DNA of 62,867 nucleotides, counting the filler, from Thraustochytrium aureum (lineage: Eukaryota): NCBI GenBank assembly GCA_012862495.1. It is 5 parts of 3 records of this genome, joined end to end, with 100 filler letters (N's around TTAATTAATTAA, not from the genome) between each part and the next. Parts side by side here need not be neighbours in the genome. Positions count along the whole stretch, not along the records: positions 1 to 20,356 come from BLSG01000160.1; positions 20,457 to 36,212 come from BLSG01000160.1; 3 more parts are not named here. The stretch is one strand, 5' to 3'. Positions within the stretch are counted from its first letter, which is position 1; every line of letters starts with the position of its first letter. This document shows positions 12,050-22,294 of this stretch, in pieces. A program made the position numbers and the translations under genes. The notes under the pieces were generated by a model. It saw only the letters and a list, made by a program, of their open reading frames with translations. It made no database searches and was not told the origin of the DNA.

Positions 12050-13097
12050 TCATTCTGGTGGACCGGCGTGGGCGGCCTTTCGCTGGTGAATGAATACGGT
12101 CGCATCGCCCCAGCTCATGACCTGGCGCTCGTATTCGAGGACTTGCCAAGCGTCGCTCGGAAGACGACGCGTGAAAGAGATGAAAAACGTCCCTGGGCGC
12201 ATCAAGTCGGCCTTGGCGGCCAACAGATCCATCATGTTTTGGTCAAAGCACGTCGAGTTGACAAAGGCAACGTCCGCGTCCGCCCAGTCAACGAGGAGGG
12301 CGTCGCCGCGAACGAGGTCGATCTGGGTCCTGCGCGTGCGGTCTGTTACATCGGCCGAGTCCTTGATCTCGCTCCAGATCGATTGGAGCTCGAGCGATAT
12401 TTCATGCAGGCCCTGGAGGATCTCTACGCCCAGGACGCGGTCGAATTCGTGCAATAGCATGGCAGCAAACACCGGCTTGCCAGTGCCCGACCCAATATCG
12501 ACAAAGACACCACCTGGTTCCGAGAGGCCGCCATATTTTTGGCGAATCTTTTCGAGCGTCAAGGCGAAGGTCCCAAACTGAATCTCGCCGTACACGAGAC
12601 ATGTTGACGCGTCTTCGGAGCTCTCTCGCCGCCGTCTCTGTCGTCGCGCTCCTTTTTGGACACCGCCTTGCCGATTGCGGCGGGGTACTGGCCAGCGATC
12701 GAGTTGAACACCTTTTGGGCGCGCCGCATGCGATCCGGCTTGACGCCCAGGGCCTTTAGTTTTTGCAGTACGATGTTCTGCGACTCGTGCGAACTCCCGC
12801 GTTAGTTTTTAGTTGGCGTTGCGTTGCGTTGCGCGGTGGATCCCTTCCACCAGCAGCACGAGCACCAGCACCAGCACCAGCACCAGCAGCACCAGCACCA
12901 GCAGCACCAGCACCAGCAGCACCAGCACGAGCACCAGCAGCACCAGCAGCCAACGCTTCGACACTCACCTCGACCTTGACGGCCATCAGGTCCTCGGATC
13001 GCGCCACCGCCCGCTCGCGCAGGTGCAGCTCCTTCTTCTTCTCCTCTCTAGCAACGGGTGGCGCGGGCTCCGTGGGCCCGGGGATCTCGCTCGCCAT
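12050..13097 (-). CDS. DOT1-like SAM-dependent methyltransferase; one intron (12754-12968) and an apparent frameshift near 12600-12640
   Basis: LVYGEI, motif I VFVDIGSGTGK, GVEI, GDAL, FVNSTCF. Splicing GAG|gtgagt...actaac...aag|GCC gives KVE-ALGVKPDRMRRAQKVFNSI...GKAVSKKER. Confidence 0.8.
12754..12968 (-). other. Spliceosomal GT-AG intron containing a (CAGCAC/CAG)n microsatellite
   Basis: Donor GTGAGT at 12968, ACTAAC branch-like site near 12801-12806, AG acceptor at 12755-12754. Removal deletes an in-frame TAA and an AGAAGA low-complexity run. Confidence 0.7.
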
Positions 13098-14968
13098 GTT
13101 CGCGGCGCCCAGTCAGCCCGTGAGTTGTATGTTCTGGCCAATTCCACCAGCGAATGCGCAAGGCCGCTGCCTGCCTGTCTTCGTTCGTCCGTGCCTCCAG
13201 TGCGCCCGCGTCCAATCGACCTTGGCCGGGTCCTTTCGCGCTCTGTTCTTGCCAGGCAGCCAGGCAGCCAGCGCACGCGACCTTTGCAGGTCTGCCAGGC
13301 CACCAGCTGGTGCTCGGCAGGCGACGCCCTGTGAATGACTGAAAGAATGATTGATTGAATTCATAGCATGCATGCATGCATGCAAACCGGTACGTAGAGC
13401 AGAGTAGAGCGAGTACGCTGGGGAGCACACGCAGGACTGCAAAGCCAATCCCATCCGCTCTCAACTCCGCAACCGCTGTCCCATTCACGCACATGTCCGT
13501 TACGTCCCGCTGTCTGTCGGCCTCCCGCACTACAGCGGGCCTGCCCGCTATAAACTACTCTCCATCATAAACACTTGGGCGCGTCCGCGTATAGCGGGGC
13601 AGGCAGCGCCCGCCCTCTATATGGTAAATAACACGCTAGCCAAACGTAATAGCGGGTCGAGTCAGGGTGCTGGGTCGGCGGGCGGCACTGGCTGGCTGGC
13701 TGGGAGGGCGGGCGCTCGACGGACCTCCTCCACCGCAGGAGGACCAAGATATTCCTTCCCGCCTCACCTCACAGGAGCGGGCCTCTCAGGCTCCCTCCCT
13801 CCCTCTCTGCATCCTCGCGGTGCCGCGCGGATCCCCTCTCGCGCCTCGCAGAGGCGGGCGCGGCAAAACCAATCCGCCGCGACGCCTCCACTCGCCCAAT
13901 CTGTCCGCCGGTAGGTTTACCCGAGAGGCGCCAGCGAAACAGCAGCCGAATCGCCGTTGTATTTTTGGCTCTCGACTTGTCGTGGCTCCACTCGGCTTCG
14001 GTTGTATTCACCTGCGTTTTATCTGTTTGTAATTGGATATTTCGGTTTTTTATTGATTAGTTTTTTTTTTTGGTTTTTTTTTCCTTCGTTGGTTTGGTTT
14101 TTGGATGGGCGGCGGCGGAGGAGGAGGAGGGAGCAGAGAGCGACGGACGGACGGCGCAGCAGCAGCAGCAGCAGCTGGAGGAGGAGGAGGAGGAGGAGCA
14201 GCAGGAGCAGCGGGCGCGGGGCAGTGCCGGTTCGGGCGGGCAGGCAGNNNNNNNNNNNNNNNNNNNNNNNNNNNNNNNNNNNNNNNNNNNNNNNNNNNNN
14301 NNNNNNNNNNNNNNNNNNNNNNNNNNNNNNNNNNNNNNNNNNNNNNNNNNNNNNNNNNNNNNNNNNNNNNNNNNNNNNNNNNNNNNNNNNNNNNNNNNNN
14401 NNNNNNNNNNNNNNNNNNNNNNNNNNNNNNNNNNNNNNNNNNNNNNNNNNNNNNNNNNNNNNNNNNNNNNNNNNNNNNNNNNNNNNNNNNNNNNNNNNNN
14501 NNNNNNNNNNNNNNNNNNNNNNNNNNNNNNNNNNNNNNNNNNNNNNNNNNNNNNNNNNNNNNNNNNNNNNNNNNNNNNNNNNNNNNNNNNNNNNNNNNNN
14601 NNNNNNNNNNNNNNNNNNNNNNNNNNNNNNNNNNNNNNNNNNNNNNNNNNNNNNNNNNNNNNNNNNNNNNNNNNNNNNNNNNNNNNNNNNNNNNNNNNNN
14701 NNNNNNNNNNNNNNNNNNNNNNNNNNNNNNNNNNNNNNNNNNNNNNNNNNNNNNNNNNNNNNNNNNNNNNNNNNNNNNNNNNNNNNNNNNNNNNNNNNNN
14801 NNNNNNNNNNNNNNNNNNNNNNNNNNNNNNNNNNNNNNNNNNNNNNNNNNNNNNNNNNNNNNNNNNNNNNNNNNNNNNNNNNNNNNNNNNNNNNNNNNNN
14901 NNNNNNNNNNNNNNNNNNNNNNNNNNNNNNNNNNNNNNNNNNNNNNNNNNNNNNNNNNNNNNNNNNNN

Positions 14969-15517
14969 ATGTCGGACGACCTCCTGGAGATCTGCACGCT
15001 GCACATGCTCCTCGGCGGCGGCGGCTCCTTCTCGGCAGGCGGGCCGGGCAAGGGGCTCAGCACGCGTCTGTACACGAACGTGCTCAACAAGCACCACTGG
15101 GTAGACAGCGCCACCGCGTTCAACTCCCTCTACAAGGACGGCGGCCTCTTTGGCGTGTACGGGACCTGCTTGCCGCAAGACGCCGGCCGTCTTGTGGACG
15201 TCATGTCGGCCGAGATCCTCGCCACCGCTGCCGCGCCCTCCGCCGAGGAGACCCAGCGCGCCAAGAACCAGCTCAAGAGCTCGGTGCTCATGAAGCTCGA
15301 GGGCCGCCAGGTGCTCTTCGAGGACATTGGTCGCCAGATCCTCTGCTACGGCAAGTACGAGTCCCCGGCCGACCTCTGCAAGCGCATCGACGCGGTCACC
15401 CCGGAGGGCATCCAGAAGGCTGCCCAGAAGGCGCTCAAGTCCAAGATCACCCTTGCCAGCTTTGGGGATGTTAGCGCGGTCCCGCACTTTGATGCAGTGG
15501 CGGCTCGCTTCAACTGA
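14969..15517 (+). CDS. PMPCA: Mitochondrial processing peptidase alpha subunit (M16B), C-terminal part
   Basis: Diagnostic glycine-rich loop LLGGGGSFSAGGPGKGLSTRLY, RAKNQLKSSVLMKLE, FEDIGRQIL. Confidence 0.95.
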   Translation: MSDDLLEICTLHMLLGGGGSFSAGGPGKGLSTRLYTNVLNKHHWVDSATAFNSLYKDGGLFGVYGTCLPQDAGRLVDVMSAEILATAAAPSAEETQRAKNQLKSSVLMKLEGRQVLFEDIGRQILCYGKYESPADLCKRIDAVTPEGIQKAAQKALKSKITLASFGDVSAVPHFDAVAARFN

Positions 15518-15807
15518 TTCGTTTCTGGCGCACGCCTGCGTAGTTGATGATGCAGCGGCGGCGGCACCGAAGCAATGATTCTGAAGCAACACATTTTCGT
15601 TCTTCGCTCAATGGACGATGTCACAGTCAACAACAAAACGTATCGGTCAACCGGTTAAAAGCCATTGCTCATCGCCTTCGCCCCTGTTGTCTTGTTTTCT
15701 GTCTGTCTCTCCTCCGCGCCTTGCCAGCTCCGGCGCTGCAGTCCCAGCACGAGTCTTGCTTTGGCTTGGTCCACGGTCGTCTGGTTCGAACTCGCTGCGC
15801 GAAGCGC

Positions 15808-16881
15808 TCAACGGCGTTCGGCGCTGCCCGGTTCTACCAAGGCCACGTTCGATGTTTGTGGCGCGTCGGGTTCCGGGTGCACTGGGGTAGAGCGGCTTGA
15901 CCAAAGCGTGGGACTAGTTGCTTTTGCTTTTGCCTCTGCAGCCCGCCGCGCCCCGGCGGTGGCTGCATCACCCATGTGGAGGAACCAAAGAAAGACCGCA
16001 TGCTCGCCAATGAACACGGGAAAGTAGTTGTACACAGCCAGCCAGAAGCTCACTCTGGGCACATAGAGCACGTTGGAGGCCGCCACGAACGTGTACACTA
16101 CGGCCAGCGAAACTACGTTGTAGTAAGTAAACTTGAGGATGATCTGCGACTTGTTGCGAAGCTCGATAAACCTCTGGCCGCTCGGCGTTCCTATGCCTTG
16201 CACCTCTGCAGCCTTCTGCAAGCTTTCCAGGACAGGCAGAGTGTTTTGGGCCATGAAACGGTACATCCACAAAAAGTCAAAAGGAAGGAACCCAATAATC
16301 ACGCGCGCGACTGTGATCGAGTCCACAATGACGCCAGCGAAGACAAGGGTGTAAACGGCGACCCAGCAACCGACAAGGGGTCCTGTCATCATAATTATTG
16401 CGCGGCCCTCGTTCAGATTGCCCGCGCTCCCGAGACCGCCCGTTCCTCGCAAGGAAGTGACAAGGACCCTTCGCTGCAGCAGAGAGAAACACGTTCCGGC
16501 AAGCTCGTAAAAATACACCATCACGCCACACGCTGTTACCGAGGCGATTCCGAGTGGACTTGCGGGTAGGTGCCGCAAGTTCAACCCAAGAGCAAAGAAC
16601 GCGGCCATCGACAAGCTCGCGATGCACAAGCTCACTGCGCACAACAGCCGGAGGTTGCGCGGGTTCTTAATGAACCCATGCGCTTTGGTCCTGGTTTTTC
16701 TGTAAGACCGCCACACTCGCGCAAGCACAATGGCTGCCAACAAGGCGAGGACGAGATAAACTGTCACGCCGATCCTCTCCATCCTGTCCAGGTCCACCCC
16801 GAGGTCGTCTTGAAACGCTTGCTTGCATGCGAGAGCGCTCGGAATCGTGTTGCACGGGTTGCTCCCGAACACCGGCGCCAT
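15808..16881 (-). CDS. Orphan seven-transmembrane (GPCR-like topology) protein, copy A
   Basis: Seven hydrophobic segments with basic loops after TM1, TM3 and TM5. Start chosen at MAPVFGSNPC by alignment with the paralog; an upstream ATG at 16974 is possible. Confidence 0.8.
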   Translation of the reverse strand: MAPVFGSNPCNTIPSALACKQAFQDDLGVDLDRMERIGVTVYLVLALLAAIVLARVWRSYRKTRTKAHGFIKNPRNLRLLCAVSLCIASLSMAAFFALGLNLRHLPASPLGIASVTACGVMVYFYELAGTCFSLLQRRVLVTSLRGTGGLGSAGNLNEGRAIIMMTGPLVGCWVAVYTLVFAGVIVDSITVARVIIGFLPFDFLWMYRFMAQNTLPVLESLQKAAEVQGIGTPSGQRFIELRNKSQIILKFTYYNVVSLAVVYTFVAASNVLYVPRVSFWLAVYNYFPVFIGEHAVFLWFLHMGDAATAGARRAAEAKAKATSPTLWSSRSTPVHPEPDAPQTSNVALVEPGSAERR

Positions 16882-17816
16882 TGCCCTTGTCCGCGCAAGG
16901 CGAGGCACCACGTCCAAGCCGGGCGCCCACGATGCGGAACTACTGCGCGACGCTGACACCAGGGTTTGACTCATGTTCTCGAAGAGGGGGGCGACGAGAT
17001 TGGTCGGCCCACACTACCATGTTTTGTGAAATGAAAACTCGCTCTCGAGAGCACAACGGCTCTGGCTTCAATCTCCACACCGCAGGCGGTCCATGCGGCG
17101 CAGGCGCTCCTGGGATCAGGGAATCTCTTGCCGCATGCTGGTGCTGGTGTAGCTCATCAGTGCAAAGCGCGCGATTTCCCAGCGTCTGGCTGTGCCGCCT
17201 GCGAGCGCGAGAGAATTAGCAGCGCGTGGTGAGTACTCTAGAGGAAGCTCTTATGTAGAGTGTACTTGTCTCCCCGGAAGCTGACGCACCTGACGCCACA
17301 AGTGTCCGTTGTCATGATGTTCGAACTGATTCTAGGTACTCTACGCCAACGCGCACGCGCGCCTCTAGATCTAGGGCAATGACCATGCACTCGACTTTGC
17401 TGTAGGCTGCTCTTGTGGTTACTCTACAGCGCCTGGCTATCGCGACACGCCAAGGACAACGCATTTTGGGGCACGCAGGCTTCAGCCGGCTATCTCCAGC
17501 TGCTCCAGCAAGAGGTCGCTTGGTTCGACTATTTTGCGATCCGCTGGTGACCGTCAACAAGTTTGTCACGGAGGCTTCGTGTCAACATCGCAAGGCCATT
17601 CTTCGTCAGGCTCTCTTCGCCATTCCGTCTGGTTCCTACGGGACTGGGCTGGAGGCTCTTCAGGACGCCGCCTCCGTCGCCCGCAGAGATGTCCCGCGTC
17701 AGACTCTAGCGTCTCTTCCGTAGTCAACCCAGTTACACTTGATTGATCAAGGACTATCAAATATTTACGTGCGTTGTTGGCAGTGCTTGCGTCCATAACG
17801 TCTTGGCAGTGGCATG

Positions 17817-19193
17817 TCATTTGCTGCTCTGTGACTCTTTCACGTGCGAAGAAGATTGTCCCGACCGGTGCGTGCAGGTTGATCCTGCGTGTGGACGCAC
17901 TTGGACAGAGCGGCTCGCGAAAGCCGAGGTGCTGCTTGGTCTTCGCTTCCACGGGGACCACCACGACCTTCCATTGTCTGAATGGAGGAACCAAAGGAAG
18001 CCCACGTGCTCACCAACGAAGACGACGAAGTAGTTGTATGCAGCCAGCCAGAAACTCACTCTGGGCTTATAGAGCAAGTTTGATGCCGCCAGAAAAGTGT
18101 ACGCCGCAGCAAGAGACACGACGTTGTAATAAGTCATCTTGAGGATGCTCTGCGACTTGTTTCGGAGCGCAATCATCTTGAGCCCGTTTGCGGTCTCTAC
18201 GCCTTGCAACTCTGCTGCTTGTTGCAAGCTCTGCATGACTGGCAGAGTGTTTTTAGCCATGAAGCGGTACACCCACCAGAAATTGAACGGCAAAAACCCA
18301 ATAATCATGCGAGCCACCGAGATAGAGTCCACAATTGCGCCAGTAAAGACAAGGACGTAAAGCAAAACCCACCAACCCACGAGCGGCCCAGTCATCACCA
18401 AGAGCGCGCGAGACTCGTTCAGCCTGCTGCCACCTACGGGGCCGCCTGGGCCTCGCAGGGTCGCGACGAGCACGCGCCGCTGAAGCAGAGTGAAACACGT
18501 GCCGGCGAGCTCATAAAAGTAGACCGTGAGTCCGCAGGCAGTTAATGATGCAGCGCCGAGAGGGCTTGCGGGCAAGTGCCGCATGTTTGCACCGAGACGC
18601 AGAAATGCGGCCATCGTACAGCTCCCGATGCAGACGCTCACACTGCAAACTAGCCGAAGGTTGCGCGGGTTTCTGGAAAAGCCGCGACCTTTAGCGCTAG
18701 TGGCTTTGTACGCCTTCCACACTTGAGCAAGCACGATGAATGCCGGAACGGTAAGCACGAGGTANNNNNNNNNNNNNNNNNNNNNNNNNNNNNNNNNNNN
18801 NNNNNNNNNNNNNNNNNNNNNNNNNNNNNNNNNNNNNNNNNNNNNNNNNNNNNNNNNNNNNNNNNNNNNNNNNNNNNNNNNNNNNNNNNNNNNNNNNNNN
18901 NNNNNNNNNNNNNNNNNNNNNNNNNNNNNNNNNNNNNNNNNNNNNNNNNNNNNNNNNNNNNNNNNNNNNNNNNNNNNNNNNNNNNNNNNNNNNNNNNNNN
19001 NNNNNNNNNNNNNNNNNNNNNNNNNNNNNNNNNNNNNNNNNNNNNNNNNNNNNNNNNNNNNNNNNAGGTAGAACACCAGGCCGATACTCTCGAGTCTGTC
19101 CAGGTCGACCCCGAGCTCCGTCACAAGTGTCTCCCTGCACGCGATTGCAGTTTGCAACGAGTTGCACGGGCTGCTCCCGAACAGCGGCGCCAT
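17817..19193 (-). CDS. Orphan seven-transmembrane protein, copy B (tandem paralog; internal N gap probably of zero length)
   Basis: Collinear with copy A: NPRNLRL, HLPASPLG, YFYELAGTCF.LLQRRVLV, MTGPLVG, IIGFLPF, RNKSQ.ILK.TYYNVVSLA, PRVSFWLA.YNYF, GEH..FLWFLH. Confidence 0.8.
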   Translation of the reverse strand: MAPLFGSSPCNSLQTAIACRETLVTELGVDLDRLESIGLVFYXXXXXXXXXXXXXXXXXXXXXXXXXXXXXXXXXXXXXXXXXXXXXXXXXXXXXXXXXXXXXXXXXXXXXXXXXXXXXXXXXXXXXXXXXXXXXXXXXXXXXYLVLTVPAFIVLAQVWKAYKATSAKGRGFSRNPRNLRLVCSVSVCIGSCTMAAFLRLGANMRHLPASPLGAASLTACGLTVYFYELAGTCFTLLQRRVLVATLRGPGGPVGGSRLNESRALLVMTGPLVGWWVLLYVLVFTGAIVDSISVARMIIGFLPFNFWWVYRFMAKNTLPVMQSLQQAAELQGVETANGLKMIALRNKSQSILKMTYYNVVSLAAAYTFLAASNLLYKPRVSFWLAAYNYFVVFVGEHVGFLWFLHSDNGRSWWSPWKRRPSSTSAFASRSVQVRPHAGSTCTHRSGQSSSHVKESQSSK

Positions 19194-19524
19194 CGCCGCG
19201 TCGCGCGCGCCCCGCCGTGCAATGGCAGCCACCGCGGCAGATTCGATTGAGAACTGTGAGCAGCTTCACGCAGGGTCGGGTTTGATTCGAAAGTCGAGGG
19301 GAGGGACAGAGCTGGTCGTTGGCCTCGATGCGTTTCACCATCACTGGCGGCTGCTATGAGCAGCACTTTGAGAGTTCCACGAAACCGTTCTCCCTGTTGT
19401 GGCCGCCGCGCGGTTGCCAAGGAGCCAACGAGCAAAATTTGCGGCTGGAGCGACTCGTCTCATCTGGACAAGGTATCCGTTGGATGCTACTCTCTAGAGC
19501 GTTTTGACTTGTTTCTTCTACAAT

Positions 19525-19525
<1 letters not shown>

Positions 19526-19567
<42 letters not shown>
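19526..19567. repeat. (GGCA)n tetranucleotide microsatellite
   Basis: About 10 units visible. The same family recurs near 49125-49148 and 50882-50911. Confidence 0.9.
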
Positions 19568-20356
19568 AGACCTAGTGGTCTGAGGGCGCTGTCATGCGCA
19601 GCGATGCCCTGCTTGTGTCAGTTCTTCAGCTAACTTGATGTACTCCCTGGGTTGAGTGTTATTCTACGTAGCGCTAAAAGACGGGAGGTGCGACCTCAAA
19701 AGGAAAGAGAAAGGAAAGGTGAAAGAAAGAACGCTGCTAACTTGATCAGGCATGATCGTTCTGGTCCAGGGAGCGCTCAGCGCTGTGTCAATGCGAGCAG
19801 GGCTGGGTCGGCTCAACTTGTTTCGTTTTTTTCTTCTATTTGGCGGCAGCTTGCAGCTTACTTTAGGTTTCTGCAACCTTTCAGACGCGCTCAATTCCGT
19901 CCTCAACGCTGGTGCACCCTGCGCGCCGCTATTTGCTTGCTTCGCTTTCGAGCGGAGAGGAGCGCGAGCTACAAATCGACAGACGAGCGGGCACTAGGTC
20001 GTCCCCAGCCTAGCCTCTCGACACGGGCCTTGCGCGTTGTCAAACCAAAGGGCAACGAGCCATGACGAGCTGGCCCACGGCAGCCACACACAGCTCCGCG
20101 CGCGCGCTCCGCCGCCGCCATGCAGACTGCAACGCATCCGGGTCACAGTGTCGACCACCGATGCTCAACGGACCAAAACACGACTAGTTGAAGGGCGGCA
20201 GACCGATCCCTTTCGAGCATGGCGGCGAATTTGATGAATGATCATTGGGTAGCCTTTCGTCAGCAAACTCAAAGTCGTGGGCGTTCACCGGCGGATGCAC
20301 CAACGTGACAGACGAAGGAAACAAGCAGACCATGCCTGCGACCCCAGCCACCAGCG

Positions 20357-20456
20357 NNNNNNNNNNNNNNNNNNNNNNNNNNNNNNNNNNNNNNNNNNNN
20401 TTAATTAATTAANNNNNNNNNNNNNNNNNNNNNNNNNNNNNNNNNNNNNNNNNNNN
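20357..20456. other. Artificial 100-bp assembly linker N44-TTAATTAATTAA-N44
   Basis: Palindromic 12-mer with stops in all six frames, flanked by 44 N on each side. Confidence 0.97.
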
Positions 20457-21866
20457 AGCGGGCGGCGCGCCACCGGCGGCGGCGGCGGACGCAACTGCCT
20501 GCGGTTTTGGAGCTGGAAGAAGGAGCAAGCCCAGCTGACGTGCACGTCCCCGGAGAGCCTGGGCGCCATCGCCGCTTCGGCGTGCGGCGGGTTCGTGGCG
20601 GCGGGAGGCGCGTCTGGCAAGTGCTACTTGTGGGAGGTCGGCTCCGGCGCGCTTGTTCGCACCTGGAAAGGCCACTTTTTTGGCCGTAGGATGCGCCGTC
20701 TTCGTGGACGACAACTCGTTCCTCTTGACGGGGGGCGAGGACGCGACGATCCGCGCCTGGAATGTGGGCGACCTTCTTGACAGCGCCACGTCGCAAGTGC
20801 GCGCGAGCCTTGTGCTCTCGCAGCACACTCTCGCTGTGACTGACCTGTGGGCTGGCAGCTTTGGCAGCTCGTGCCACTTCCTGAGCGCCTCGCTAGACCA
20901 CACTGTCAAGCTCTGGACCCTCACGGAGGGCGGGGGCGAGCAGGCAGGCGCGTCCGCGCTTGTCCGCACGCTTGTGCTGCCCTCGGCGGCCAACTGCGTT
21001 TTGGCCGACAGCCTGGAGACCGCGGCGTTCGTTGGGGCCATTGACGGGCGCATCTACGAGTGCGAGCTGCGCGACGGCGCGCGCGCGCCGGCCTCGAGCC
21101 AAGCGGAGGCGCTGCTCGCGGGCGCGTCGACGGCTGCAAGCAAGCGGCGACGCTTGGCGGCCCCAAGCCAGGGTCAGGCCTACTCGCGCGTTCTCGAAGG
21201 CCATAGCGCTGCGGTGACCTGCCTCGGCCTCTCTGCGAGCGGGCTCCTTCTCGCATCTGGGTCGCTCGACGGGACCTGCCGGCTCTGGGACACCGTCTCT
21301 GGAATCGCCCTCAAGGTGATTCACGTTGGTGGCGGAGCGCGGCCGGTTGTCGCGCTCCGCGTCGTCCCAATGCCGCGCGACCTCGCGCATGGCCACGGTG
21401 GTCGCTCTGCAGGCCGCGCTGCAGAAAAACCCGTCAGCGTCCCGCAGCTGCGGCCATTTCATCGGTACCAGGGCGCCAACGAGCGCGGGGTCCCCAACGC
21501 GGCGACTGGGCCTGCAGAGTCGAGCGAAGACGGCCCGTTGGTTCGCTTCCGGGCCGCTGGCGTTGCTCTTCGCACGTCTATTCGCAAGCTTGGTGCAGCT
21601 GCGCATGCGTGACGAGTCGCTTCTCGCCGAAGGCTCCAGCCAAGTCGAGCGTGGCGCAGTTCCCCCCCTCATCCGCCGCCGCAACAGTGCTCGAGCTCTT
21701 TCCAGCATCCCAGCCAGCGCCGCAGTCGGCACAGCATGGCTCTCGCGCCGACATAGACGCTAGCCGTCTGCACGATTTGGACCGGGAGAACCTGCGGTGG
21801 AAGCGCGTGAATGCACAGCTGTACTCGCTCGCTGTGGACAACCTGCTCGGCCAGCTTCCCGAGTAG
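20457..21866 (+). CDS. WDR18: WD repeat protein 18 (IPI3, Rix1 complex), 5'-partial, two apparent frameshifts (~20680 and ~21560-21610)
   Basis: GGASGKCYLWEVGSGALVRTWKGHF, DDNSFLLTGGEDA, HTLAVTDL, SASLDHTVKLW, GHSAAVTCL..S.SG.LLASGSLDG, and C-terminal coiled-coil ENLRWKRVNAQLY. Confidence 0.85.
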
Positions 21867-22294
21867 CCAGCCAGTTTCCGAAAACGCTGTCCTCGTCTCC
21901 AGAGGGCGAGTCGCAGCTGGGGTTGCTCGCGTCTTTGCACTGGAGGCGGTACGACCTGACCTGACCTGATCTTCCGTTGCGCTTCAACGTATAGTAGTAG
22001 AGTGCGCTTGAAATTGCCGTGCTTGGGTTTCGAGTGGCTGCGTGAGCACTGCTTTTTTAGCTGACGTGCCAGCGGACCCCAGCTCTGCGACAACCCCGTG
22101 CGTCACAGCGTTGCTGCCGTCCGGATCCGCACCAAGTTGCGCGCGCTGCCCTCAATGCCTCGCCCTGGTCTTGCTCACTCGTGCTCGCCTCCCATCTCTT
22201 CCACGCAAAACCTGAACTGGGCCGGCGCGCGAATCGCCTCGGCGAGTTGAATCTGCGACACAGCCCTTTCGTTTTTTCAAAAGAAACACGCGCC

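Noticed and set aside
15808..19193. Microbial rhodopsin or insect GR-like channel identity for the 7TM pair
   Set aside because: There is no Lys in TM7, and charge distribution suggests N-out topology, opposite to GR/OR channels.
9376..21866. Frameshifts in PWP2, WDR18 and other genes as pseudogenisation or programmed frameshifting
   Set aside because: They affect essential genes, fall mostly at homopolymer runs, and are not accompanied by nonsense decay. Sequencing error is the simpler explanation.
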